A DNA stretch of 64,000 nt, taken from contig NC_058368.1 in the NCBI RefSeq assembly GCF_018350175.1, forward strand, positions 89,592,001 through 89,656,000. Reading direction: 5' to 3'. The translations under genes and the position numbers were made by a program. Position 1 is the first letter of the stretch, and each line of letters begins with the position of its first letter. This stretch comes from Felis catus (Eukaryota). A model generated the notes under the pieces. It saw only the letters and a program-made list of their open reading frames with translations, ran no database searches and had not been told where the DNA came from. Shown here piece by piece: positions 23,342 through 37,372 of this stretch.

Positions 23342-26300
23342 TAAAGCAGTCATCATAAATATGCATCAATAATAAATTACAAATTCTCTCTTGAAACAAA
23401 TAAAAAAAGACTAAAATTTTAAGCAATAAAATAGAAGTTATTTTTAAAAGAAAAAAATGGGGGGGGGAGAGAACCAAGAAGAATTTTTTAAATTTAAATT
23501 TTAGTTAACATACAGTGCAGTATTGGTTTCAGGAGTAGAATTTAGTGATCCATCACTTACATACAACAGCCAGTGCTCATAACATGTGCACTCCTTAATA
23601 CCCCTAACCCATCTAGTCCATCCCCTACCCACTTCCCTCCATCAACCCACAGTTTGGTCTGTGGTTTGTTTCTTGTGGTTTGTTTCCTTCTCTTCTCTTC
23701 CTCCCTGCCACCATCTCATATGTCCATCTGTTTTGTTCCTTAAATTCTACATATGAGTGAAAACATATGGTATTTGTCTTTCTCTGATGGACTTATTTTG
23801 CTTAGCATAATACATTCTAGCTCCAACCATGTAATTACAAACGGCAAGATTTCATTCTTTTTGATAGTTGAGTAATATTCCATTGTGTGTGTACACACAC
23901 ACACCCCACTTCCTCTTTATTCATCAGTCAGTGGACATTAGGACTCTCTCCACAGTTTGGGTATTGTTTGTAATGCTGCCATAAACGTTGCCTTTACCCC
24001 CTTCAAATCCATATTTTTGTATCCTTTGGGTAAATTCTGACTAGTACAATTGCTGAATTGTAGGGCAGTTCTACTTTTGGTGTTTTGAGGAACCTCCATA
24101 CAGTTCTCCAGAAAGACTGCACCAGTTTGCATTCCCACCAACAGTGCCAGAGGGTTCCTGTTTCTCTGCATCCTTGCCAACAGCTGTTGTTTCTATGGTT
24201 TTTTTTAATTTTTTTTCAACGTTTTTTATTTATTTTTGGGACAGAGAGAGACAGAGCATGAATGGGGGAGGGGCAGAGAGAGAGGGAGACACAGAATCGG
24301 AAACAGGCTCCAGGCTCTGAGCCATCAGCCCAGAGCCCGACGCGGGGCTCGAACACACAGACTGCGAGATCGTGACCTGGCTGAAGTCGGACGCTTAACC
24401 GACTGCGCCACCCAGGCGCCCCTCTATGTTTTTAACTTTAGCCGTTCTTACAGGTGTGAAGTGGTATCTAATCATGGTTTTGATTCGTATTTCCCTGATA
24501 AGAAGTGATGTTGAGCATCTTTTCATGTGTCTGTTAGCCATCTGGATGCCTTCTTTTGAAAACTGTCCATGTCTTCTGCCCATTTCATAGCTGGGTTGTT
24601 TGGTTTTGAGTTTGATAAGTTCTTCATAGATTATGGATACTAACCCTTGATCAGATATGTCATTTGCAAATATCTTCTCCCATTCCATAGGCTGCCTTTT
24701 AGTTTTGTTTTTGATTTTTATTTGCCTTTGATTTTTTCCTTCACTGTGCAGAGCTTTTTATTTTGATGAAATACCAATAGTTCATGTTTACTTTTGTTTC
24801 CCTTGCCTTTGGTGACATGTCTAGTAAGAGGTTGCTCCAGCCAAGGTCAAACATGTTGCTGCCTGTATTCTCCTTTAGGATTTTGATGGTTTTCTGTCTT
24901 ACATTTAGGTCTTTCATCCATTTTGAATTTATTTTTATGTATGGTGTAAGAAAGTGGTCCAGATTCATTCTTCTGCATGTCATGGCATCCATTTTCCCAG
25001 AAACATTTGTTGAAGAGACTGTCTTCTTCCCATTGGAGAGTCTTTCCTCTTTTGTCAAAGATTAGTTGACTATATAGTTCTGGGTCCATTTCTGGGTTTT
25101 CTATTCTGTTCCATTGATTAATGTGTCTGTTTGGGGGCCAATACCATACTGTTTTCATCATTAGAGTTTTTTTAGTATAGCTTGAATTCCAGAATCATGA
25201 TGCCTCCAGTTTTTTTTTCTTTTTCAGGGTTATTTTGGCTATATGGGTCTTTTGTGGTTAAATACAAATTTTAGGATTGTTTGTTCTAGCTGTGCAAAAT
25301 ATGCTGTTGGTATCTTGATAGGGATTGCATTAAATGTGTAGATTGCTTTGGGTAGTTTAGACATTTTAAAAATGTTTGTTCTTCCAATCCATGAGCATGG
25401 AACTTTTTCCATTTCTTTGTGTCTTCTTCAATTTCTTTCACAAGCATTCTATAATTTTCAGGTGTAGAGATCTTTTACATCTTTGGTTAGGTTTTTCTCT
25501 AGATGTCTTACAGTTTTGGATGCAATTGTAAATGGGATTAATACCTTGATTTCTCTTTCTGTTGCTTCATTATTGGTATACATAAATGCACCAATTTCTG
25601 TACATTGATTTTATATCCTGCAACTTTCCTGAATTCATGTATCAGTACCAGAAATTTTTTGATGGAGTCTTTCAGGTTTTCCATGTAGAGTACATGTCTC
25701 TACATGGAAATAGTGAAATAGTGAAAGTTTTACTTCTCTGCTGATTTGGATGCCTTTTATTTCTTTTTGTTTTCTGATTACTGAGGCTAATAGTAATGAT
25801 GAGAGTGGACATCTTTGTCTCATTCCTCAGTATAGGGAAAAAGGCTTTCAGTTTTTCCCCATTGAGGATTATATTAGATGTGGATCTTTCATATATGGCT
25901 TTTATGATGTTGAGGTATGTTCCATCTATCCATACTTTCTTAAGGGTTTTTATCAAGAAGGAATTCTGTATTTTGTCAAAATTTTTTCTGTATCTATTGT
26001 CAGGACCATAGGATTCTTATCCTTTCTTTTATTAATGAGGTGTATCTTGATTGATATACAAATATTGAAGCAGCCCTGTAGCCCAGTTGATCGTGGTGAA
26101 TAATTCTTTTAATATACTGTTGAAATTGATTGGCCAGCATCTTGAGAATTTTTACATCCGTGTTCATTAGGGATATTGGCCCATAACTCTCCACTTTAGT
26201 GGGATCTTTGTCTGGTTTTGGAATCAAGGTAATGCTGGTTTCATAGAATGAGTTTGAAAGTTTTACTTCCATTCTCTTCTTTTGGAACAGTTTGAGAACA

Positions 26301-28734
26301 ATAGGTGTTAACTCTACTTTAAATGTCTGGTGGAATGCCTCTGGGAAGCCATCTGGCCCAGGACTCTTGTTTGTTGGCAGATTTTTTATTACTGATTCAA
26401 TTTATTTGCTGGTTATAGGTCTGTTCAAATTTTCTGTTTCTTCCTGTTTCAGTTTTGATAGTTTGTGAGTGTCTAGGAATTTGTACATTTCTTCCAGATT
26501 GCCCAATTTGTTAGCATATAATATTTCATAGTATTCTCTTATAATTGTTTGTATTTCTGTGGTATTGGTTGTGATCTGTCTTTTTTTACTCATTATTTTA
26601 TCTATTTGTGTCCTTTTTATTTTCTTTTTTATATATCTGGCTAAGGGTTTATTAATTTTATCCTTTCAAAGAACTAGCTCTTAGTTTCATTGATATGTTC
26701 TACTCGAGGTTTTTTGTTTGTTTCTATATCATTTATTTCTGCTCTAATCTTCATTATTTCCCCTCTTCTGCTGGCTTTAGGCTTTATTTGCTTTTCCTTT
26801 TCTAGCTCCTTTAGGTGTAAGATTAGGTTGTATATTTGGGACCTTTCTTGCTTCTTGAGATAGGCCTGAATTGCAATGTACTTTCCTCTTAGGACTGTCT
26901 TTGCTTCATCCCAAAGGGTTTGGGCTGTCGTGTTTTCATTTTCATTTGCTTCCATGTATTTATTTATTTCTTCTTTAATTTTCTGGTTAACCCATTCATT
27001 CTTTAGTAGGATGTTCTTTAACCTCCATGTATTTGAGGGCTTTCCAAATTTTTTCTCGTAGTTAACTTCAAGTTTCATAGTGTTGTGGCCTGAAAATATG
27101 CATGGATGATCTTGATCTTTTTGTACTTCTTGAGTGCTGATTTGTGACCCAGTATATGATCTATTATGGAGAATGTTCCATTTGCATTTAAGAAGAATGT
27201 GTATTCTGCTGCTTTAGAATGAAATGTTCTGAATATATTTATTAAGTCCATCTGGTCAAGTGTGTTACACAAAGCCATTATTTCCTTGTTGACTTTCTGC
27301 TTGGATGATCTGTCCATTGCTGTGAATGAGGTGTTGAAGTTCCCTACTATTATTGTGTTACTGTCAATAAGTTTCTTTGTGTTTGTTATTAATGATTTAT
27401 ATATTAGAGTGCTTTCAAGTTAGAGGCATAATTATTTATAATTCTTAAATCTTCTTGATAAATAGACCCCTTAATTATGATATAATGCCCTTCTTCATCT
27501 CTTGATACAGTCTTTGTTTTAAAATCTAGTTTATCTGCTATAAATATGGCTACTCTGGCTTTCCTTTTAATGTCCATTAGCATGATAGATGGTTCTCCAT
27601 CCCCTCACTTTCCATCTGCAGGTGTCTTTAGGTCTAAAATGAGGCTCTTGTAGGCAGCATATAAATGGATCCTGTTTTTTTTTAACCCATTCTGATACCT
27701 TATGTCTTTTGATTGGAACATTTAGTCCATTTACACTCAGAGTGATTATTGAAAAATATGAACATTGTGTTGTCTGTAGAACTGGTGTTTCTGGTGATGT
27801 TCTCTGGTCCTTTCTAGTCATTGTTGCTTTTGGTCTTTTGTTTTGTTTTGTTTTTTCTCCACTGAAAGAGTCTCACTGTCTCACTTAAAATTTCTTGCAG
27901 GGCTGGATTACTGGTCATGAACTCCTTTAGTTTTGTTTGTCTGGGAAACTCTTTATCTCTCCTTCCATTCTGAATGACAGCCCTGGTGGATAAAGAATTC
28001 TTGGCTGCATGGTTTTCCCATTCGGCATGTTGAATATATCCTGCCATTCCCTTGTGGCCTGCCAAGTTTCTGTAGACAGATCTGCTGTGAACCAATCTCT
28101 CTTACCTTGTAGGTAAGGTTTTTTTCCCCTTGTTTTCATGATTATTTCCTTGTCTGTGTATTTGTAAATTTGACTATGATATTCCTTGGTAATCGTCAGC
28201 TTTTGTTGAACTTAAAGGGAGTTGTCTGTGCTTCTGGATTTTGATGTCTGTGTCCTCCCCAGATTAGGAAAGTTTTCAGCTATAATTTGCTCACATACAC
28301 CTCCTGCCCCTTTTTGTGTCTCTTCATTTTCTGGGACTCCTATGATATAATTGTTTTCCTCTTAATAAGTCACTGAGTTCTCTCTATGTCTTGTATTGTG
28401 GGTCTTTTGCCTTGTTTCCCACTCTTTTCAGCTTCATTATTTTCCATAATTTTATCTTCTGTGTCACTGATTTATTACTCTGCTTCATCCATCCTTGCCA
28501 TCATGGCATCCATTGGAGATTGAATCTCAATTATACCATTTTTAATTTCAGCATGACTAGATTTTAGTTCTTCTATCTCTGCAGAAAGGGATTCTCTAGC
28601 ATCTTCTATGCTTTCTTTCAAGCCCAGCTAGTATCCTTGTAATCATGGTTTTAAATTCTAGTTCAGACATCTTACTTATATCTGTATTGATTAAATCTCT
28701 GGCTGTGAGTTCTACTGCCTGTTCTTTCTTTCTT

Positions 28735-30167
28735 TTGTTACCATTTTATTTAATTTATTTTTTAAATTTACATCCAAGTTAGTTAGCATATAGTGCAACA
28801 ATGATTTCAGAAGTGTATTCCTTAATGCCCTTTACCCATTTAGCCCATCCCGCCTCCCACAACCCCTCCAGTAACCCTCAGTTTGTTCTCTTATGCTTTG
28901 TCCCCCTCCGTTTTTATATTATTTTTGCCTCCCTTCCATTATGTTTATCTGTTCTGCATCTTAAAGTCCTCATATGAGTGAAGTCTTATGATATTTGTCT
29001 TTCTCTGAATGACTAATTTCTCTTAGAATAATACCCTCCAGTTCCATCCATGTAGTTGTAAATGGCAAGATTTCATTCTTTTTGATTGCCGAGTAATACT
29101 CCATTGTATATATATACCACATCTTCTTTATCCATTCATCCATTGAGGGGCATTTGGGCTCTTTCCATACTTTGGCTATTGTGGATAGTGCTACTATAAA
29201 CATTGGGGTGCATGTGCCCCTTCAAAACAACATACCTGTATCCCTTGGATAAATACCTAGTAGTGTAATTGCTGGGCCATAGGGTAGTTCTATTTTTAAT
29301 TTTTTTGAGGAACCTCCATACTGTTTTCCAGAGTGGCTACACCAGCTAGCATTCCCACCAGCAGTGCAAAAGAGATCCTCTCTCTCTGCATCCTTGCCAA
29401 CATGTATTGTTGCCTGAGTTGTTAATGTTAGCCATTCTGACAGGTGTGAGGTAGCATCTCACTGTGGTTTTGATTTGTATTTCCCTGATGATGAGTGATG
29501 TTGAGCATTTGTTCATGTGTCGGTTGGCTATCTGGATGTCTTCTTTGGAGAAGTGTTTATTCATGTCTTTTGCCCATCTCTTCACTGGATTGTTTGTTTT
29601 TTGGGTGTTGAGTTTGATAAGTTCTTTATAGATTTTGGACACTAACCCTTTATCTGATATGTAGCTTGCAAATATCTTCTCCCATTCTGTTGGTTGCCTT
29701 TTCATTTTGCTGATTGTTTCCTTTGCTGTGCAGAAGCTTTTTATTTTGATGAGGTCCCAGTAGTTCATGTTTGCTTTTGTTTCCCTTGCTTCCAGAGACG
29801 TGTTGACTAAGAAGTTGCTATGGCCAAGGTCAAAGAGGTTTTTGCCTGCTTTGTCCTCGAGGATTTTGATGCTTCCTGTCTTACATTGAGGTCTTTCATC
29901 CATTTTGAGTTTATTTTTGTGTATGGTGTAAGAAAGTGGTCCAGGTTCATTTTTCTGCAGGTTGCTGTCCAGTTTTCCCAGGACGAGTTGCTGAAGAGAC
30001 TGTGTTTATTCCATTGGATATTCTTTCCTGCTTTGTCAAAGATGAGTTGGCCATACGTTTGTGGGTCCATTTCTGGGTTCTCTATTCTGTTCCATTGATC
30101 TTAATGTCTGTTCTTGTGCCAGTACCATACTGTCTTGATGATTACAGCTTTGTAACACAACTTGAAG
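28735..30167 (-). mobile_element. Nested 5'-truncated L1 inside ORF1 of the host L1
   Basis: ORF2 C-terminal peptides (29346-30070) and 3' UTR. Imperfect TSD TCTACT..CTGTTCTTT on both sides. Confidence 0.9.
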
Positions 30168-30953
30168 TCTACTGTTCTTTATTTTGGGATGAATTTCTCC
30201 ATCTTGTTATTTTGTCCAGAAAAGAAAAGAAGAAGAAAAAAAATAAAGAAATAAAAAGAAAAACAAGCAAACAAAAAACCACCTAGATCCTATATGTGTT
30301 TTGGTCTACTTGCTAAAGAAATCTAGATCCAAAAATAAAATAAAATATAGGAAAATAAAATAGGGGTGCCTGAGTGGTTCAGTAGGTTAAGCATCCTACT
30401 CTTGGTTTCAGCTCAGGTCATGATCTCACAGTTTTTTAGTTTGAGCCCCGCATCAAGCTCTATGCTGACAGTGCGGGGCCTGCTTGAGATTGTCACTCTC
30501 CCTCTCTTTCTCTGCCCCTCCCCTGTTCACACTCTGTCTTTGTCTCAAAATAAATAAACTTCAAAAATAAATAAACTTCAAAAAAATATATATATATGCA
30601 TATATATATGCATATATATAACAAAATATAATAAAAACAAGAAACAATAAAATTAAAAGAATATGTATACATATAAAATGTATAAATAAAAATAATAATT
30701 AAAAAAGGAATTTAAAAAACAAGAAAATAAATGAAAAATAATAAAATAAAGAATAACGGTAAAACTGAAGTTAGATCGTATTTTCCCTCGAGCTGAAACT
30801 TTGCAACACTACGATCTGTAGACTTGGTGCAAGGGAGTTGTTTGTGCTCATCTTTGCCGGAAAGTCCTGCATCACTGACTCTCAGGCTGACGTGTGTCAT
30901 GGAAACACTTCCAGGATGCAGGGGGTGGGGCTTGATGTAAGAGACTTCAGCCT

Positions 30954-30969
30954 CCACTAGATGGCGCTG
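30954..30969 (+). promoter_or_regulatory. CTCF-like motif inside an L1 5' region
   Basis: CCACTAGATGGCGCTG matches the CTCF core. Confidence 0.5.
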
Positions 30970-31934
30970 TGCTTCCCTCTGAAGCCTGATGTTGCTGGGA
31001 TTGGGGAGTAGATGGAAGATGGCATCACTTCACCCTTTAATCCCATGGGAGGGGAACTCACCTCTGTTCAGGTGGCCCTTACAGAAAAGCATCCTAGGCT
31101 TTTGTCAAATCCCTGTCCTTAACCTGTCTGTACCTGGCAGTTGGCACACCCAGCACCACAGTTCTCCTGTGTTTTATCTCTGGCTGGTGACTGTGATTCA
31201 AAACCCCAAATCTTAAAGGGCCAGGCCTGGAGCAGACCTGCTCTCTTCCTCTGCCCTTCACTGGCCTGTCCCAGAAAAGTAGTCACATGGCACGCTCACA
31301 GTGGCTGGAATATATTGTGGCACACAGTGAAAAGCTGTGATCAGGTTATTTGCAGTCTCTGTGTGCCTCTGTTCCAGAAAAGCAGTCACACAAGGCAAGC
31401 CAAGTGGCTGGAGTCTACTGCAGTGAACAGCAAAAAGCTGCAACCAGTATGTCTACCATCTGCAGGTGCTACCATAGCAACTCCCTGCTATTGAATGGCC
31501 ACTCAATGGCTCCCAACAGGACTATTGTCCTTGAAGAGACAAAACCAAAAACAAACAAACAAAAGCCCTCTTCCAAATATACACCGGGAAAGGAAGCAAT
31601 ATCTCTTAGTGTGACCCAGGGGATCCACACACTATGGGGTCTTGTGTGAATCCTACAAGTCATTCCTTCCCCACCACTCTCTCCCTCTCTTCCTGACCAC
31701 TCTCCATGAAAAAGTTTCCCTTCCTGCTGTGGTACTGAGACTTTCCTCTTCCCCAATTAATAGCTCTGAACCTCACATCTGCCATGTTCTCCCACTCCAA
31801 TTGTACAGATTATTTTCTTAATCCTTCGATTGATTTCCTAGTTGTTAAAAATAATTTGATGATGATCTAGCTGTGTTGGAAGGACGAGGCAAGCTCAGCA
31901 TAACTCCCACTATTCTGCCATTTTAACTTCTCCA

Positions 31935-32488
31935 AAACCTTAAGTGGAAATTATACAACTGAAATAAAATAACTAACGTTTAAAAACTTGCTAGATAGAC
32001 TCAATAGTAAGTGAAGATGACAGAGGACAGAATCAATGAAAACAAATGAGTAGAATTTACCCAATCTGAGTAAAGAGAACACAGTAGACCAAAAAAAGGG
32101 GGGAAGAGTGTGTGAAAGATCCTCGGGAACTTAAAAGACTAAAGAAAAAGGAGGTCTAGCATTCATAGAATTTATATTATCAGAGCCCCAGAAGAAGGAG
32201 AGGACAACGTGTGGAAATAAACATGTATTGGAAGAAATAATGGCTGAAAGTCCCAAATTTGGCAAAAGACATAATTCTACAGATTCAAGAAGTTGAACAA
32301 TTCCCAAAAAGGATAACAAGAAAAGAAAAATCCATGCCGAGACACAGCAAAACTAAACTTCTGAAAACTAACAAGGAAACAATTTTATTTGTTTTTTTAG
32401 TGTTTATTTATTTTGAGAGAGAGTGAGCATGAGCAGGGGAGGGGCAGAGAGAGGGAGAGGGAAGGAGGTATGGAGGGAGGCAGGGAGG

Positions 32489-32538
<50 letters not shown>

Positions 32539-34631
32539 CCTAAGCAGGCTCCATGCTCACAGTCCAACTTGGGGCTTGATGCAGGGCTTGATTTCACCAC
32601 TTCGAGATCATGACCTGAACTGAAATCTAGTCGGATGCTAAACTGGCTAAGCCCCCCAGGTGCCCCAAAAAGGGAAACAACTTTAAAACAACCAGAAAGA
32701 AGCAGGATATTGCATTGAAGAGAGCACCAATTTGAACGACAACAGATTTCTCATCTAAAACAATGGAGGCTAAAAAGAAAAGACACATCTTTCAGGCGTT
32801 GAAAGCAGAGAACTGTCAATTTTGAATCCCATGTCCTTCCTTCAAGAGTGAATAAGAAATAATGATATCCTAAAGCAAGGAAAACTAAGAGAATTTATTG
32901 CTAACAGACCTAGTCTTAAATACCGGCTACAGGAAGATCTCCAAATAGAAAGAAAATGATAAAACTGGAAGTAAATATAATACACAATCCTTCAGTTCAT
33001 GAGTTTCTTTAATCATATTTTATGGTTGAAGCAGAAGTTATAACACCATCTGATGTGGTACTTAAAGTATATAGTGGAAATAATTATATTTTTTAAAGTG
33101 GAAGGGTAAAGGTAGGTAAAGTTTCTACATTTCACTTGAAGTGATAAGACATCAACACCAGTAGGCTGTGATTACATATATGTATGATTATAACTAGAAC
33201 AACTACTATCAAAACTACACAAAAAGTAATATGCTGGAGAACACTATAATCAGTCAAAATGGAACTCTAAAAATGTTCAGCTAACTTACAGGATAGAAGG
33301 AAAAAGTAGCAGAAGAACGATAAATATAGGAAACAGACAACAAATAATAAAAGGACAGAACCATGCCCGAATATGCCAATAATTACTTTAAATGTCTATG
33401 GTCTGAATACACAAATTGAAAGACAGAGTTTGGCAGACCTAAACGTAGTTTGCCTGCAAAAACTCACCTCAAACATAATGACATATCTATGCTGGAAAGG
33501 AAAAGGACAAAGCATGCAAACATTATTTTTTTAATCAGAAAGGGATATATTAACATCAGATAAAGTAGACTTTGGTGCAAAGAAAGTAAGTAGGGATAAA
33601 TAGGGACATTACGTAACAACAAAAGGACCTATCCACCAAGAAGATACAGCAATTCTAAAGGTGTATGTACCAAACAATAAAGCTTCAAAATACATGAAGC
33701 ATGGGGCACCTGGGTGGCTCAGTCGGTTAAGCATCTGACTTAGGCTCAGGTTGAGTTCAAGCCCTGCATCAGACTCTGTGCTGACAGCTCAGAGCCTGGA
33801 GCCTACTTTGAATTCTGTGTCTCCCTCTCTCTCTGACCCTCCCCCACTCGCACTCTGTCACTCAAAATAAATAAACATTTAAAAATTTTTTTAAAAAAAA
33901 ACAAACTACATGAAGCAAAAAACTGAAAGAACCAAAAGAATAGACAAATTCACAAGTATAGTTGGGGGTTTCAGTCCTCATTTATCAATTGATAAAATTA
34001 AACAGAAAATCAGCAAAATAGAAGAATTCAGCAATGCTATAAAGAAAAAGAACTTGATGGACATTTGTAAAATACTCCAAAAATAGTAAAATACACATTC
34101 TTTTCTGACATCCATAGAACAATTATCAAGATAACACTTAAGGAGGACCATAAAATAAACCTTAACAAATTTAAAAGAGTAGAACTCATAGAGAAGGTTC
34201 TCTGACCATACTAGCATAAAGCTAGAAATAAATTACAGAAAGTGAACAAAAAAATCTTCAAATATTTGGAAATTAGATGTCATACTTCTAAATAATTCAT
34301 GAGTCAAAGAGAAAGTCCCACAGGAAAAAAAAATATATATATAATGTATTGAATGTAAATGAAAGCATAACTTATCAAAATTTGTAGGATGCAGCCAAAG
34401 CAGTGCTGAGAGAGGTACTTATAGCAACAAATGCTTACTTTAGAAAACAGAATTCACTAAGTACCTGGGTGGCTCAGTCAGTTGGGCGTTTGACTTTGGC
34501 TCAGGTCATAATCTCACCATTCATGGGTTTGAGCCCTGCATCGGGCTCTGTGTTGACAGCTCACAGCCTGGAGCCTGCTTTGGATTCTGTGTCTCCCTCT
34601 CTCTCTGACCCTCCCCTGCTCACACTCTGTC

Positions 34632-34674
<43 letters not shown>

Positions 34675-35115
34675 AACAAACATTAAAAAAAAAACAGAAC
34701 TCAACAGAACTCAATAATCTAAGTTCCTACCTCCAAAATTAGAAAAAAATAAAAATAAATACCAAGAAAGCAGAAGGAAAGAATTATTAAAGACAAAAGC
34801 AGCAGCCAATGAAATTGAAACAGGAAAATAGAGAAAATTAAGCAAAAACCCACTTTTCTGAAAAAAATAAAATCAACAAACTATAGAGAAGAGATGGTTA
34901 GTAGAGGGGAAGTGGGTGGGGAGATGGGTGAAATTGGTAAAGGGGATTAAGAGTATACACCTTGTTGAGCACTGGGTAGTATATAGAATTGTTGAATCGC
35001 TATACTGTACACCTGAAACAAATGTAACATTGTATGTTAACTACATTGGAATTAAAACTTAAAAACATTTAAAAACCCAACAAACAAACAAATAAGCAAG
35101 CAAAAAAAAACCCTA
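31935..35115 (+). mobile_element. Old L1M ORF1/ORF2 remnant with SINEs (32383-32666 -, 33703-33903 +, 34458-34694 +) and an L1 3' fragment (about 34885-35075)
   Basis: Degenerate L1 motifs such as AATTACTTTAAATGTCTATGGTCT and ATCAGATAAAGTAGACTT. SINE TSDs include TACATGAAGCA. Confidence 0.75.
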
Positions 35116-37334
35116 TAAATGAATTCAGAGATATATGACATGTTTATTATGTTGAGATTTTTGGTCCTTTCATGTGGTAGGTCTCTCCAAGAATTTAGAT
35201 CATCTTTTATTTCTTTCATTTGCATTTTTTATTTTTATCTCACAGATCCTGTGCATATCTTGTTTGATTTATACCTCAGTATTTTGTTTTCTCTGAAGAA
35301 ATTGTAAGTGTGTTATTGTGGCTTTGATTTTAGTTTCTACCTATTCACCATTAGTATATAGAAATGAAATTCATTTTTGTGTATTGATCTTGTATCCTGA
35401 GAGCAGGTCAAGCTCAATAATTTGCTTCAGGAGGATTTATTTTGTAGATTTTCCTGGGATTTTCTACACAGACCATCATGCCATTTGGAAATGGAGTTTT
35501 ATTTTTTTCCTTTTCAGTGAATATCTCTTATATCGCAAATATCTTCTCCCATTCCATAGGTTGTCTTTTAGTTTTGTTGTTTCCTTTGCTGTGCAGAAAC
35601 TTCTTTATTTTGATGTAATACCAATATTTTATTTTTGCTTTTATTTCCTTTGCTTCAAGAGATTTATCTAGAAAGATGTCACTGTGGCTGATGTCAGAGA
35701 AATTACTGCCTGTGCTCTCATCTGGGATCTTTATGATTTCCGGTCTCACATTTAAATTCTTAATCTATTCTGAGTTTATTTTTGTGTATGATGTAAAAAA
35801 AAAAAAAGTGGTCCAATTTCATTCTTTTGGATGTAGCTGTCCAGTTTTCCAAACACCTTTTGTTAAAGAGAATGTCTTTTTCCCATTGAATAGTCTTGTC
35901 TCCTTTGTTGAAGATTAATTGACCATATAATTACAGGTTTATTTCTGGGCTTAATATTCTGTTCCATTGATCTATGTTTCTATTTTTGTGCCAGTACCAT
36001 ACTGTTTTGATTACTGTAGCTTTGTAATATAACTTGAAGTGTAGAATTGTGATGCTTCCTGTTTTCTTTTTTCTTTTTCTTTTTTTTTCAAAGATTTGGT
36101 ATTTGGGGTCTTTTGTGGTTCCATACAAGTTTTAGGATTGTTTGTTCTAGTTCTGTGAAAAATGCCATTTGTATTTTGATAGGGGTTGCATTAAATGTGT
36201 AGATTGCTTTGGGTAGTATAGACATTTTAATAATATTGGTTCTTCCAATTCATGAGCATGGAATTACTTTCCATTTCTTTGTGTCATCTTCAATTTCAAT
36301 TTCACCCCTTTGGTTAAATTTATTCCTAAGTATCTTATTACTTTTAGTGCTACTGTAAATGGGATTGCTTTCTTAATTTCTCTTCTGCTGCTTCATTATT
36401 GGCATATAGAAATGCAGTGGATTTCTGTACATTAATTTTGTATCCTGTGACCTTGATTAATTCATTTATCAGTTCTAGTAGATTTTGGAGTTTTCTGTAT
36501 ATATAGTATCAGGTCATCTGCAAATAGTGAAAGTTTTACTTCATCTTTACCAATTCGGACACCTTTTATTCCTTTCTCTTGTCTGATTGCTGTGGTTAGG
36601 ACTTCTAGTACTATGCTGGATAACTGGTGAGAGTGGACAGCCCCATCTTGTTCCTGACCGTGGAGGAAAAGCTCTCAATTTTTCACCTTTGTCTATGGTG
36701 TTAGCTATGGGTTCTTCATAAAAGACCTTTATTATGTTGAGGTATGTTCCCTCTAAATATTTTGTTGAGGGTTTTGTCATGAGTGTATCTTACGCTTTTT
36801 CAAATGCTTTTTCTGCAGTTATGGAAGTGATTGTATGGTTTTTGTCCTTTCTCTTATTAATGTGATGTATTACATTGATTGATTTGAAAATATTAAAACA
36901 CACTAGCATCCCAGAAATAAATCCCACTTGATCATGGTGAATTTTTAAAAATATATTGTTGGGTTCAGTTTAATATAATTTTGAGGATTTTTACATTTAT
37001 GTTCATTAGAGATATTGGCCTGCGGTTCTCTTTTTGTGTGGTATCTTTATCTGGTTTTGGAATCAGGGTAATGTTGGCCTCATAGAATGAATTTGGAAGT
37101 GATCTTTCCTCTTCTATATTTTGGAAAAGATTACCTTGCTGGTAGTCTGTCTAATCAGATTTTCTATTTCTTCTTGACTCAGTTCTGGTAGTTTATTTCT
37201 TTCTACAAATTTATCTATTTCTTCTAGGTTGTCCAGTTTGTTGGCATATATTTTTTCATAAAATTTTCTTAAAATCCTTTGTATTTCTGTGGTGTTGGTT
37301 GTTATTTCTCCTCTTTAATTTCTGGGTTTTTTTG

Positions 37335-37372
<38 letters not shown>

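Larger units (their letters stand above)
21520..23480 (+). mobile_element. Old L1M 5' region (host element, appears to resume at about 31935)
   Basis: A-rich degenerate ORF1-like sequence. AATAGAAGTTATT...GAACCAAG continues after 31935 as GGAAATTATACAACTGAAA. Confidence 0.55.
23485..31930 (-). mobile_element. Near full-length degraded carnivore L1 (3' UTR, ORF2, ORF1, 5' UTR) with nested insertions
   Basis: Minus-strand ORF2 peptides (ITLSVNGLNVPIKRH, NTWRLKNILL, VWYW..NRHINQWNRI) and ORF1 peptides (ADLSTETWQATREW). The 5' terminus is at about CTGCCATTTTAAC 31915-31927. It contains SINEs at 24196-24422 (-) and 30363-30590 (+). Confidence 0.9.

Noticed and set aside
24236..24508. Recurring ORFs such as GQRETEHE... 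and [19 protein letters not shown]... (also near 37.4, 39.0, 44.2 and 60.2 kb)
   Set aside because: Translations of CAN-SINE sequence.
23938..30070. Run of minus-strand ORFs resembling a gene cluster
   Set aside because: Colinear pieces of degraded L1 ORF1/ORF2; the element is not intact.
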